Of a stretch of DNA of 64,000 nt, positions 50,737-62,239 are shown piece after piece. This stretch comes from Macrostomum hystrix (Eukaryota; Animalia; Platyhelminthes), in NCBI GenBank assembly GCA_950097015.1, contig CATNEN010000008.1, positions 124,001 through 188,000 of the forward strand. The letters run 5' to 3'. How positions within the stretch are numbered: the first letter of the stretch is position 1; every line of letters begins with the position of its first letter. The translations under genes were made by a program, and so were the position numbers. The notes under the pieces were generated by a model. It worked only from the letters and a program-made list of their open reading frames with translations. It did no database searches and was not told the origin of the DNA.

Positions 50737-53700
50737 ATGACTCTAGACAAAAATGAGCCAGCGAAAGTGTTTCGCATTAAAATTGTCAGCATGGGCAATT
50801 CTGACACAGGAAAGGTAGGTTAAACATTTTATTATATCTGCATAATATAATACTTTCGGTAGTGCGTTACCAAATGCCAACTCAAAAACTTTCCACTCTC
50901 CAGAGTTGCATTATTAAGCGCTACTGTGAGAAACGATTTGTACAGAAGTACCTGATGACAATCGGCATTGATTTCGGCGTTACCAAGTAAGTAATGCGTA
51001 TTCAGTTGCACGCCTGCATCAAATAAGGGATGTGGCTCAAGATCCATCAACTAGGGGATGTTGCTCAAGATCCATCAATTAGGGGATGTTGCTCAAGATC
51101 CATCAATTAGTGGATGTTGCTCAAGATCCATCAATTAGTGGATGTGGCTCAAGAAACATCAAATAGGGGATGTGGCTCAAGATCCATCAATTAGGGGATG
51201 TTGCTCAAGATCCATCAATTAGGGGATGTGGCTCAAGATCCATCAATTAGGGGATGTTGCTCAAGATCCATCAATTAGTGGATGTTGCTCAAGATCCATC
51301 AATTAGTGGATGTGGCTCAAGAAACATCAAATAGGGGATGTGGCTCAAGATCCATCAATTAGGGGATGTTGCTCAAGATCCATCAATTAGGGGATGTGGC
51401 TCAAGATCCATCAATTAGTGGATGTGGCTCAAGATCCATCAATTAGTGGATGTGGCTCAAGATCCATCAATTAGGGGATGTGGCTCAAGATCCATCAATT
51501 AGTGGATGTGGCTCAAGATCCATCAATTAGGGGTTGTGGCTCAAGATCCATCAATTAGGGGATGTGGCTCAAGATCCATCAATTAGGGGATGTGGCTCAA
51601 GATACATCAATTAGGGGATGTGGCTCAAGATACATCAATTAGTGGATGTGGCTCAAGATCCATCAATTAGGGGATGTGGCTCAAGATACATCAATTAGGG
51701 GATGTGATTTAGGATCCATCGAAAATAGGATTTGATTTAAGATCCATTCAATAGAGGATTGATTTAAGATCTTAGGGGCTGTGACTAAAAAGCCCATAGA
51801 TTCGCTCGTGATTATCGTGATTCCCCTTTTCTAACAGAGTGACTGTCGGTGATCGCGATGTAAAGGTGAACATTTTCGACTTCGCTGGTCACCCAGTATT
51901 CTACGAGGTTCGTAACGAGTTTTACCGTGACGTACAGGGCGTCATGCTGGTCTATGACGTCACTAATCGAGCCAGCTTTGAGTCGTTGGATGCCTGGATT
52001 AAAGAGATGAAGTCTGAACTGGGCGCCAAGCATAGTGCCGAGTTCGATTCGGCATTCTTTGTTGTCTGCGCTAATAAGGTAAGACAAATTTCAGGCAGAC
52101 ATTCAGTCCCATCTTCAGACTCCATTCAGCCCAATCTTCAGGCTCCATTCAGTCTAATCTTCAGACTCCATTCAGCCCAATCTTCAGACTCCATTCAGCC
52201 CAATCTTCAGACTCCATTCAGCCCAATCTTCAGACTCCATTCAGCCCAATCTTCAGACTCCATTCAGCCCAATCTTCAGACTCCATTCAGCCCAATCTTC
52301 AGACTACATTCAGCCCAATCTTCAGACTCCATTCAGCCCATCTTCAGACTCCATTCAGCCCAATCTTCAGACTCCATTCAGCCCAATCTTCAGACTCCAT
52401 TCAGCCCAATCTTCAGACTCCATTCAGCCCAATCTTCAGACTCCATTCAGCCCAATCTTCCGACTACATTCAGCCCAATCTTCAGGCTACATTCAGCCCA
52501 ATCTTTAGACTACATTCAGCCCAATCTTCAGGCTACATTCAGCCAATCTTCAGACTCCATTCAGCCCAATCTTCAGACTCAATTCAGCCCAATCTTCAGA
52601 CTCCATTCAGCCCAATCTTCAGACTCCATTCAGCCCAATCTTCAGACTCCATTCAGCCCAATCTTCAGACTCCATTCAGCCCAATCTTCAGACTACATTC
52701 AGCCCAATCTTCAGACTCCATTCAGCCCATCTTCAGACTCCATTCAGCCCAATCTTCAGACTCCATTCAGCCCAATCTTCAGACTCCATTCAGCCCAATC
52801 TTCAGACTCCATTCAGCCCAATCTTCAGACTCCATTCAGCCCAATCTTCCGACTACATTCAGCCCAATCTTCAGGCTACATTCAGCCCAATCTTCAGACT
52901 CCATTCAGCCCAATCTTTAGACTCCATTCAGCCCAATCTTCAGGCTACATTCAGCCAATCTTCAGACTCCATTCAGCCCAATCTTTAGACTACATTCAGC
53001 CCAATCTTCAGGCTACATTCAGCCAATCTTCAGACTCCATTCAGCCCAATCTTCAGACTCAATTCAGCCCAATCTTCAGACTCCATTCAGCCAATCTTCA
53101 GACTCCATTCAGCCCAATCTTCAGACTCAATTCAGCCCAATCTTCAGACTCCATTCAGCCAATCTTCAGACTACATTCCCATTTCCTGCTCCAGGTGGAC
53201 AAGAAGCAGGCAAGGCTGGTTGATGAACTAGAAGGTCGCCTTTGGTCCGACGCTCGCGGCTATCCTTATTTCGAGACATCGGCATTGACCGGCGATGGCG
53301 TCGGCGAGATGTTCAAATGCCTCTTCGACGGCGTAGTGGAGGCGGTGGTGTCTGGCAAGAAGCCACAGGCCATTCCAGTTCAGCTGGGCTACAATACTGA
53401 CCAGATTGAAGCTATTAAAAAGCTGAAGAATGGCAAGGATAACTATGAGAGACTGGGCATCACTCAGTATGCCACTAAGTGAGTCTGGTCTATTGTGCTG
53501 CCGTCCACTACCGTTCTAGACCCATCCACTCTCCCTGTCCACTCTCCCCACCATCCACTCTCCCTGTCCACTCTCCCCACCATCCTCACCCTGCCTACTC
53601 TCCCCACCATCCTCTCATCCTGCCTACTCTCCCCACGATCCTCTCACCCTGCCTACCCTCCCCACGATCCTCTCACCCTGCCTACTCTCCCCACGATCCT

Positions 53701-54173
53701 CTCACCCTGCCTACTCTCACCACGATCCTCTCACCCTGCCTACTCTCCCTACCATCCACTCTCCCTGCCCACTTTCCCCACCATCCACTCTCCCTGCCTA
53801 CTCTACCCACCATCCACTCTCACTGCCTACTCTCCCCACCATCCACTCTCACTGCCTACTCTCCCCACCATCCTCTCACTGCCTTTTCTCACGACCATCC
53901 ACTCTCACTGCCTACTCTCCCCACCCATCTACTCTCCCTGCCTACTCTACCCACCCTGCACTCTCCCTGCCTATTTTCCCCACCCATCCGTCTGGCTTGC
54001 AATGCACTGTGATCCCCTAATTGCTCAAATATCTCAGAGACGACATCAACAAGGCCTACAGGAAGCTGGCTGTGCTGCTACATCCTGACAAAAGCGTTGC
54101 ACCGGGCAGCGAGGAGGCCTTCAAAATCTTGGTCAACGCCCGAAACCAACTGTTGTTAAATGTTAAGCAATGA
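50737..54173 (+). CDS. DNAJC27: DnaJ homolog subfamily C member 27 (Rab-like GTPase + J domain, RBJ), 5 exons
   Basis: Exons 50737-50814, 50904-50986, 51838-52078, 53195-53478, 54038-54173 with GT/AG and consistent phases; [68 protein letters not shown]. Confidence 0.96.
51030..51720. repeat. 28-bp minisatellite GGGGATGTGGCTCAAGATCCATCAATTA in DNAJC27 intron 2
   Basis: Spacing 51063 to 51091. Confidence 0.95.
52100..53175. repeat. 23-bp minisatellite CCCAATCTTCAGACTCCATTCAG in DNAJC27 intron 3
   Basis: Tandem array filling almost the whole intron. Confidence 0.95.
53520..53990. repeat. ~29-bp C-rich minisatellite (CTCTCCCCACCATCCTCTCACCCTGCCTA) in DNAJC27 intron 4
   Basis: Degenerate tandem repeats. 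Confidence 0.85.
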
Positions 54174-54814
54174 GCTCGGCTGTTACTATTAAAGCACATT
54201 AAGCAAAGCTTTCATTTCTTTGTAGATGTCTGTTTAATAGATTTCTAATTTGCAAGCTAGTGCCTTAACTACCTTAACTAAGGTAGTTTGGTTTGTAAAC
54301 CTTGGCCTATTTTCATTTAGAAGGTCGAAAATTATTTTACTTGTTTCTGAAGATGCACTAGCATTTTTGGGTTTTGATTATTCAAATATCAATACTCAGT
54401 TAGTATATTTGCCTTCCTTATCTGGCACTATCTGTGATCTTCATTTATTTTTTGATCTGCCAGAACTCCGTCCTTTTTTGCACTTTAAGTGCCTGATAAC
54501 ATGTCTAATTATTGTAGTGTAGCATTGTTAGTTAATGTATTAGGGTCAATTTATAACTAATCTATTTTACGTGTGTCTTTACCTACTTAATGTGATATCG
54601 TGTTTGTAAAGTAGACTTGTTATGCTTTATTTGCTTTTCACTGTCTTAAATTTTATATTAGTGCGCAAGTAAATGTGTGGAACAAATCTCTTCTATATTT
54701 CCGTGAGTTGCATAATTCTATCATTATTTTGAAAACTTATAATGCTATTAAACAAGAATGGCAGTTTAAACAAGGAACAAACTAGTTGTTAAAATAATAG
54801 AGATTAGGATAAGC

Positions 54815-55140
54815 AGAGAGTGAGGTGGCTGCTGCCGGAATGAGGGGTTAAGAGAGGCAGAGGGTGAGGTGGCTGCTGCCGGAATGAGGGGTTAGGAGAG
54901 GCAGAGGGTGAGGTGGCTGCTGCCAGAATGAGGGGTTAAGAGAGGCAGAGGGAGAGGTGGCTGCTGCCGGAATGAGGGGTTAAGAGAGGCAGAGGGAGAG
55001 GTGGCTGCTGCCGGAATGAGGGGTTAGGAGAGGCAGAGGGTGAGGTGGCTGCTGCCGGAATGAGGGGTTAGGAGAGGCAGGGAGTGGGGTGGTGCTACGA
55101 TAATGTGGTTTAGGAGAGGCAGGAGTGAGGTGGTGCTACT
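54815..55140. repeat. 44-bp minisatellite GAGGTGGCTGCTGCCGGAATGAGGGGTTAAGAGAGGCAGAGGGT
   Basis: Spacing 54822 to 54866; ~6-7 copies between DNAJC27 and UQCRQ. Confidence 0.92.
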
Positions 55141-55285
55141 GAAAGATATTATTTGTGAAGCTTTTCGGAACTATTTAAATGTTTTCCACCGAATTTCAGC
55201 GAGTTGAACCATTGGCTTAGACTAATTCTAAGCAGACAAATTCCCTCCGGTTCCAACAGCAAACAAACAATCTGATAAACAAGCA

Positions 55286-55558
55286 ATGGGCCACAAGGCT
55301 TTCGGCCAGGGCATGGCATACGTGCGCGGCATCATTTACTACGGTGTGTCGCCCAACGAGCTGCACCCGTTTCGCGGCATGCTGACCAAGGCTCCCTGGA
55401 ACGGCCTGCGTCGAGTGAGTAGCGAATTCTTTCGCGTTGTTCCGCCATTCGTTGGCGCCTATCTCCTAATCGCCTGGGGCAAGGATGCCAACGAGAAGAC
55501 CAAGCGCAAGGATCCGGCATTCTTTGATGCCGAGGCCGCCACGAATGGCGAGCTGTGA
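55286..55558 (+). CDS. UQCRQ: Cytochrome b-c1 complex subunit 8 (QCR8), intronless, 90 aa
   Basis: MG..FG..AYVRGIIYYGVSPNELHPF...N.LRR...FFRVVPPF...YL...WG......KRKDPA.F. Confidence 0.93.
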   Translation: MGHKAFGQGMAYVRGIIYYGVSPNELHPFRGMLTKAPWNGLRRVSSEFFRVVPPFVGAYLLIAWGKDANEKTKRKDPAFFDAEAATNGEL

Positions 55559-56152
55559 ACTCTGAAACTAAAAAAGCGCTACACCCTACTATTGTAAGTA
55601 GTATTAGTGAGTAGCATGTGACTCTAGGTTAATATAAGCACAGCAGGACTTCGGTTTCCAGCTAACTAATTTAGTGTGTTAATCTTGTGCGCTTGTGCAA
55701 CAATGATCACTGATGTAATGTGAAAATAAACTAGTTTAGACTACTCACTCCCTCCTGTCACCATTTTAACCGATTTAGAATATTTCAAATAACTATTTCG
55801 TGTACTGTCTTACTTGTATCATCACAAGAAAACTGCAGAATTAGCTCTATATAACAAAACAGGGCTTATAATATTGAAAATTATTGAAGCCATTGTATAA
55901 ATGATCTTGGCTCTGACTTCTTTCTCGGTATTTGGTCATTTTTAGTTCACAGATAACAAAAATAGGAAATCGTGGCAATGAGAATTGTTAAAACGGCCCA
56001 ATTTAGGTCCACCGCTGTGAAGGTCATTTGTGATTAACGAACGAGGCACTAATCTTTAAGTAAAAAATCTGCTTTAACAAAACGAACGATAAATTCCAAC
56101 CTACAGCATATATAGAAACATAAATGTATAGAAATTATAATATTTGTAGTAT

Positions 56153-56395
56153 ATGATTACGCCTGCCCAAATCGGGCCAGATGTGCAGCCGACTGCACAG
56201 CCGCAGCTATTGCGCGGCGCATCTGAAGGCTGCGTACGGCTGTTCAGTCCATGGACTGGGGAGCCGACACTCGCTGAAGCAATACAGAGTGTCTTGCTAA
56301 ATGATACAAATTCTTCCTTATCAATGCTTAATACAAAACTTGTGAAGACAAGAATCGAACCCCCGACCTTCAAGTCGTATTACTTGTACATGGAG
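56153..56395 (-). mobile_element. SINE family B, copy 3 (reverse orientation)
   Basis: Minus strand: AAGGTCGGGGGTTCGATTC head, then GCAAGACAC..ATTGCTTCAG..CCCCAGTCCATGGACTGAACAGCCGTACGCAGCCTTCAGATGCG..GGCTGCACATCTGGCCC..GTAATC, matching copy 1. Confidence 0.8.
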
Positions 56396-57279
56396 TCGGT
56401 CGTCTCGCTTCCAAGCAGGGCTGGATGCGCCACGTCAAGCTGTCCATTGGTCAGCGTCCAATTTTTAGCGTTAGGAGCATGGTCTTCATAAAAATTCCAT
56501 TGACTTCGCTTTTATACTATTTGTTTAACTGCTACCACTACCATTAAAATTTCCCCATTGAATTTGTGTAAATGGATTTCCATTCCACTTCTGTTTCTAA
56601 GTAATATACTTATCCTAACAACCCTTTGAATGCTATCCCCATAGTTCAGGCTATACTCTTATAATCCATAGAAAACCGGTAAAAGTACAAGTACATTAGC
56701 TGTCGTTCATTTTTTATCCTATATTGCAAACATTTGCATGTATACGCTCGTACTACTATAAACATGATCATATTGAGTAGTATATATGCACAAAAAACTG
56801 CTCCAATCGTTAAAAGTCAGTATCTTACATGGCAATCTGTTTAACCAGCATGTCGAGCGGAAATCTCAAACACTGATTTCTAAATAGACCAACGCTGTAA
56901 CTAACTTTTAATACGAGAAGACTAATGCACATGTACACACTCAAACCCTGGATCTGGATTTTGCAACTAAATCTTTACTGTCCTAGAAGTAGATAAAGTG
57001 TTAAATATTCACGTATTTATTTGCTTGCGTGAATCCAACCAGATGTGCCAATGGCATTGGACTGGCTTGTGTTTACAATAAAATCTTACGCCTTGCCATT
57101 TCTTAGATTTTTACCCCGAAATTCCTACAAGACTAGCTTTGAACTGCTCACATACTGTCAACTTGTTTAGATTCTGGAACCGGTAACGGTGAGTTGCTAA
57201 AGTATTTTTAGTTGCACTTCCCAATCCGAAAGATTCTTAAATCTATTATCTTCCCAATTCCCAAACTTTAAAGCCTCAC

Positions 57280-58445
57280 AATCACTAAAAGCTTCACAAC
57301 CCCAAGCTTCACAATCCCCAAACTTCACAACCCCCAAACTTCACAATCCCTAAGCTTGACAATCACCAAACTTCATGGTCCCCAAACTCCAAAATCCCCA
57401 AGCTTCACAATCCCCAAACTTCACAATCCCTAAGCTTGACAATCACCAAACTTCATGGTCCCCAAACTCCAAAATCCCCAAACTTCACAACCCCCAAACT
57501 TCACAATCCCTAAGCTTGACAATCACCAAACTTCATGGTCCCCAAACTCCAAAATCCCCAAGCTTCACAATCCCCAAACTTCACAACCCTAAGCTTCACA
57601 ATCCCCAAACTTTACGATCCCCAAACTCCAAAATCCCCAAGCTTCACAATCTCCAAGCTTCACAATCCCAAAACTTCACAATTCCCAAACTTCACAATTC
57701 CCAAGCTTCACAATCCCCAAGCTTCACAATCCACAAGCTTCACAATCCCAAAACTTCATAATCCCTAAACTTCAAAATTCCCAAGCTTCACAACCCCAAG
57801 CTTCACAATCCCCAAACTTCACAACCCCAAGCTTCACAATCCCCAAACTTCACGATCCTCAAACTCCAAAATCCCCAAGCTTCAAAACCCCAAGCTTCAC
57901 AACCCCAAGCTTCACAATCCCCAAACTTCACGATCCCCAAACTCCAAAATCCCCAAGCTTCACGATCCCCAAACTCCAAAATCCCCAAGCTTCACAATTC
58001 CCAAGCTTCACAACCCCAAGCTTCACAATCCCCAAACTTCACAACCCCAAGCTTCACAATCCCCAAACTTCACGATCCCCAAACTCCAAAATCCCCAAAC
58101 TTCACGATCCCCAAACTCTAAAATCCCCAAGCTTCACAATTCCCAAGCTTCACAACCCCAAGCTTCACAATCCCCAAAAATCACAACCCTAAGCTTCACA
58201 ATCCCCAAACTTCACGATCCGCAAACTCCGAAATCCCCAAGCTTCACAATCTCCAAGCTTCACAATCCCAAAACTTCACAATTCCCAAACTTCACAATTC
58301 CCAAACTTCACGATCCCCAAACTCCAAAATCCCCAAGCTTCACAATCTCCGAGCTTCACAATTCCCAAAACTTCACAATCCCAAAACTTCACAATCCCAA
58401 AACTTCACGATCCCCAAAACTTCACGATCCCCAAAACGTCAAAAT
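57280..58445. repeat. Complex ~16-17-bp minisatellite (CCCAAACTTCACAATC / CCCAAGCTTCACAATC) upstream of ilvD
   Basis: Degenerate tandem repeats between a donor-like GTGAGT (57189) and the acceptor preceding the ilvD ATG. Confidence 0.9.
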
Positions 58446-58530
58446 TCTCAAAACATAAAACTATGTACACTGCCTATGCGAACAAGATTGAAATCCCGAC
58501 ATTCAAAATCCCCGCAACCTGATTGTCCAG

Positions 58531-61500
58531 ATGGCCTCCTGCTCCTCTGCCTCCTCTGCGGCCTCTCTGCCGCGCCTCCACTCGTCGCTAGTCGTGGACG
58601 GTCCCGACCGGGCCGGCGCCCGCGCCATGCTACGCGGCGTAGGCCTGAGCAGTGCGGATTTCACCAGACCCCAGGTGGGCGTTGTGTCCTGCTGGGCCAC
58701 TGTGACGCCGTGTAATTTGAATCTGCGCGAGCTGCAGGATCTGGCCGGCGAGTCCGTTCGGGAGGCCGGCCTAGTGCCTATGCACTTTAACACCATCACG
58801 GTGAGTGACGGCATCAGCATGGGCACGCCCGGGATGCGGCTGTCCTTAATTAGCCGCGAGGTGATCGCCGACTCGGTTGAAACCGTCGCCCAGGCTGAAG
58901 GCTTCGACGGTCTGGTTTGTCTAGGCGCCTGCGACAAGAACATGCCTGGCATGGCCATGGCGATGCTCCGCCTGAACCGACCGGCTTTGTTTGTCTATGG
59001 CGGCAGCATAATGCCCGGCTGCGGCCGCGACGGCGCCAAGGTCGACATTCGATCTGTCTACGAGGCCATCGGAGGCTATCACAAAGGCAGCGTCAGCGGC
59101 AAGGTTAGCAAACATTGGAACTTTAGCAATATTATAGAAAAGTATACCCACCAGACCAATCCTTCAAAAGCCGCTCCAACCAATCGGGTCGCGCGTATCG
59201 CTTACCACCAAAGAAACTCTCTAACCCCTCGTCGCTTTTCCAGCCAATACTATGACACCTGACACAAGCCACCCCAAAAACTATCTATACCCTCGGGAGC
59301 TGCTCCAGCCAATCATATCACACCTGACATTAGCCACCCCAAAAACTATCTATACCCTCGGGAGCTGCTCCAGCCAATCATATAACACCTGACACTAGCC
59401 ACCTCAAAAACTATCTATACCCTCGGGAGCTGCTCCAGCCAATCATATAACACCTGACACTAACGACACTATGCCAAACACCCAGCTCCCATAAAACTAT
59501 CCGAGTTTCGCTTTTATTTTGAAACAGTTCTATTTGTTTTTTTAACGATAGAAATTTAAATAATCGATTTCCAACACAGCCCCAAATTAATGCAGCTTAG
59601 CAGCGGATTCGAGCTCAGGGATCTTGGTGCGAGAGGCAAACGCATCCCTTCTCCCTTCGTCTCCCCTTCGCCATCTCCCATCTAGGAGCTGTCCGACATT
59701 GAAGAATGCGCCGTGCCAGGGCCAGGCTCATGCGCCGGTATGTACACTGCCAACACAATGTCCTGCGCGCTGGAGGCAATGGGCCTCGCCCTACCCGGAG
59801 ACGCCTCGCCGCCGGCTGTCAGTGAGGAGAAGCGCAGCGAGGCGCGCCTTCAGGTTGGCGCCGCCGTTGCGAATCTGCTGCGCAAGGGAATTCGACCGCG
59901 CGACATTGTGACTTGGGAGGCGATGGAGAATGCGGCTGCCGTAGTGTCTGCTTTGGGCGGCTCAACCAACGCCTGCCTGCACCTGGTGGCCATCGCCAGG
60001 GAGGCCGGCCTCGCTGACTTCGGGCTGGACAACCTCCAGGCGGTGTTTCAACGAACCCCTGTACTGGCCGACCTGTTTCCCAGCGGGTGTCACGCCATGG
60101 CCGATTTGCACGCTGCTGGCGGACTGCGGCCGCTGCTACGGCGCCTGCTGAAAGCCGGCCTGCTACACGGATCGGCAGTAACTTGTACAGGACGTACGCT
60201 GGCTGAAGATCTGGAAGGTGTCGAAGATTATCCGGCCGGACAGAAAGTCATTAGGCCATTGTGTGAGTAATGAGTTGCGTCTTCCGACCAATCCAGAAGT
60301 CTTAAGGGTTGACCACCCCAAAATTTCTCTATCCCTTTTGGAGCCGCTTCAACCAATCAGGTCACGCTTAACAACCGCCACTCCAGAATTACTCTACCCA
60401 TTTAGGAGCCGCCTCAACCAATCAGATTACCCTCGTTTTTTCTGACCAGCCGATCCAATCAAAGCCACCGGCCACCTCGTTATCTTTCGCGGCAATCTCT
60501 GCCCGGGCGGCGCGGTTGGCAAACTAATCGGCGACGAAGGCGACAGCTTCTCCGGTCCGGCCGTGGTCTACGACAACGAGGAGGCCGCCTACGCTGGCGT
60601 CTCGCGCGGAGATGTTCAGGCCGGCCAAGTTGTTGTTGTGCGCAACGAGGGCCCTGTTGGCGGCCCCGGCATGCGGGAGATGCTGGCTGTGACTGCGGCC
60701 ATTCAGGTGAACACCTTGGCTTAGTCATTTGCAATAGAAGTCCACGGGGAGTGTTTCAATCGCCCACATTTTTCTTTTTTCTGTATCTCTTAAAATATTC
60801 AACCAGTTGCCGTGAAAATCCACACCACGGCCTATAATTTTCGGCTCTATCCGATGAAACAACTTCCAGAATCGCTAAAGAATTCAAAGATATCCAACAA
60901 TTCTCGTCGGTGTGTCTAGTGGCAAAAACCACCAATGTAGGCAAAAAGATTCTGCTCACAAAATTTCATTATGTAGTCATGTCTATTACTTTTTATCAAA
61001 TTGTATTGATTTTTGGTTGATTTATGGGGGGTCGGTGGCAGAGCGGTTAACGCGTTTGCCTCTCGCACCAAGGTCCCTAAGTTAGATTCCACAGCGAGGC
61101 CACATTTATTTGGGGCGCAGCGGCGGAGAGAAGGCTTGGGGGCTTGTCTTGCAATTTACGTCCTTGAGGGCCAACCTCCAAGGCACAGTGAAATGCACAC
61201 TGCCTGACGATGAGAAAGTCAGGGCAGATGTACACACCTGTGTGAGCGTATGCCTACGTACAGTATCTGTGTGCGTGTGTGCTCAGGAGTCAGCGAAATG
61301 GGCAGAATTGCCTCTTCGCTGGCTGCGGGTCTAGTGTCACTAAATGATGTGCCATTGCCCGCAGCCCTCCTACAATTATTATTTTTTTTTGATTTATACA
61401 CTTTTGAACCAATATGGATTCACCAGAGGTTTATAACAGAGCAATGTATCCTTGTCACCAGGCCAAGTGGTAGCTGTCGCGAAGCTATTTTGTTTCCTCG

Positions 61501-62194
61501 GGGAAAAATAGCGTAATCTTGTTGTGCCGTGCATATGCACTTTGCCCTGCTCTGTGTGTGACCCGTGTTTATGTCTGCCCCACCCCTTCCTACGCCCGTG
61601 CCTGCCTAGGTCAGGGTTTGTAAGAGTGAACTCTCGCTAGTCCCACTCCCAGGGTGGTTGGTTCTGCGAACTCTCGCGGAACCAATCAGACTTGTTAGGC
61701 CTAGGCAGGGTTGGGCTGGGACCTGGGTGTCTCGGGCGGTGGACCCTATCCCATCTCCCTCCGTCGGCCATTAGGCCAAGACACAACACTTTTTACTGTT
61801 AAGGATTTTGGCGAAAAATGGCGAAAGATTTTTTATTTCACATTTTTCCTAGGGCCGCGGCTTAGCTGGCCGGGTGGCTCTCATCACGGATGGCCGGTTC
61901 TCCGGTGCCACCAAGGGCTTTGTTGTAGGTCACGTGACCCCAGAATCGGCCATCGGCGGACCAATAGCCGCCCTGCGCACGGGGGATCTGATCGACATCG
62001 ATGGTCCCGGCCGGAGCATCAGCGTCAGACTGGGCGAGGCTGAATTCGCCACTCGAATGCGAAATGCGGCCGCGGTGGCGTCGGCTGCGGATACCGCAGC
62101 GCTGGCTCATCCGCCAGGCGGTTCGCGCACCTCCGTGCTGGCCAAGTACAGACGGCTGGTCAAGCAGGCCGATGAGGGCGCCATTGTGGCCTGA
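58531..62194 (+). CDS. ilvD: Dihydroxy-acid dehydratase (IlvD/Edd family), 4 exons, ~582 aa
   Basis: Exons 58531-59103, 59686-60262, 60450-60706, 61853-62194 (1749 nt, phases 0/1/0, all GT-AG). Motifs [102 protein letters not shown]. Confidence 0.97.
59255..59460. repeat. 65-bp tandem triplication in ilvD intron 1
   Basis: CTATCTATACCCTCGGGAGCTGCTCCAGCCAATC at 59281, 59346, 59411. Confidence 0.9.
59603..59645 (-). mobile_element. Fragment of the SINE family A head in ilvD intron 1
   Basis: GGATTCGAGCTCAGGGATCTTGGTGCGAGAGGCAAACGC matches copies 1 and 2 (e.g. 40734-40772). Confidence 0.7.
61026..61385 (+). mobile_element. tRNA-derived SINE family A, copy 3, in ilvD intron 3, with TSD
   Basis: GGGGGTCGGTGGCAGAGCGGTTAACGCGTTTGCC...; ATT tail; TTGATTTAT on both sides. 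Confidence 0.9.
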
Positions 62195-62239
62195 TCTGCA
62201 GACTCCGAGGGACTTTCGGGCTAATGGCCAACTCGAGTG

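Noticed and set aside
61203-61225. Hammerhead ribozyme-like CTGACGA...GAAA in SINE A
   Set aside because: Only 3 nt separate CTGACGA and GAAA, so stem II cannot form; better explained as a simple hairpin.
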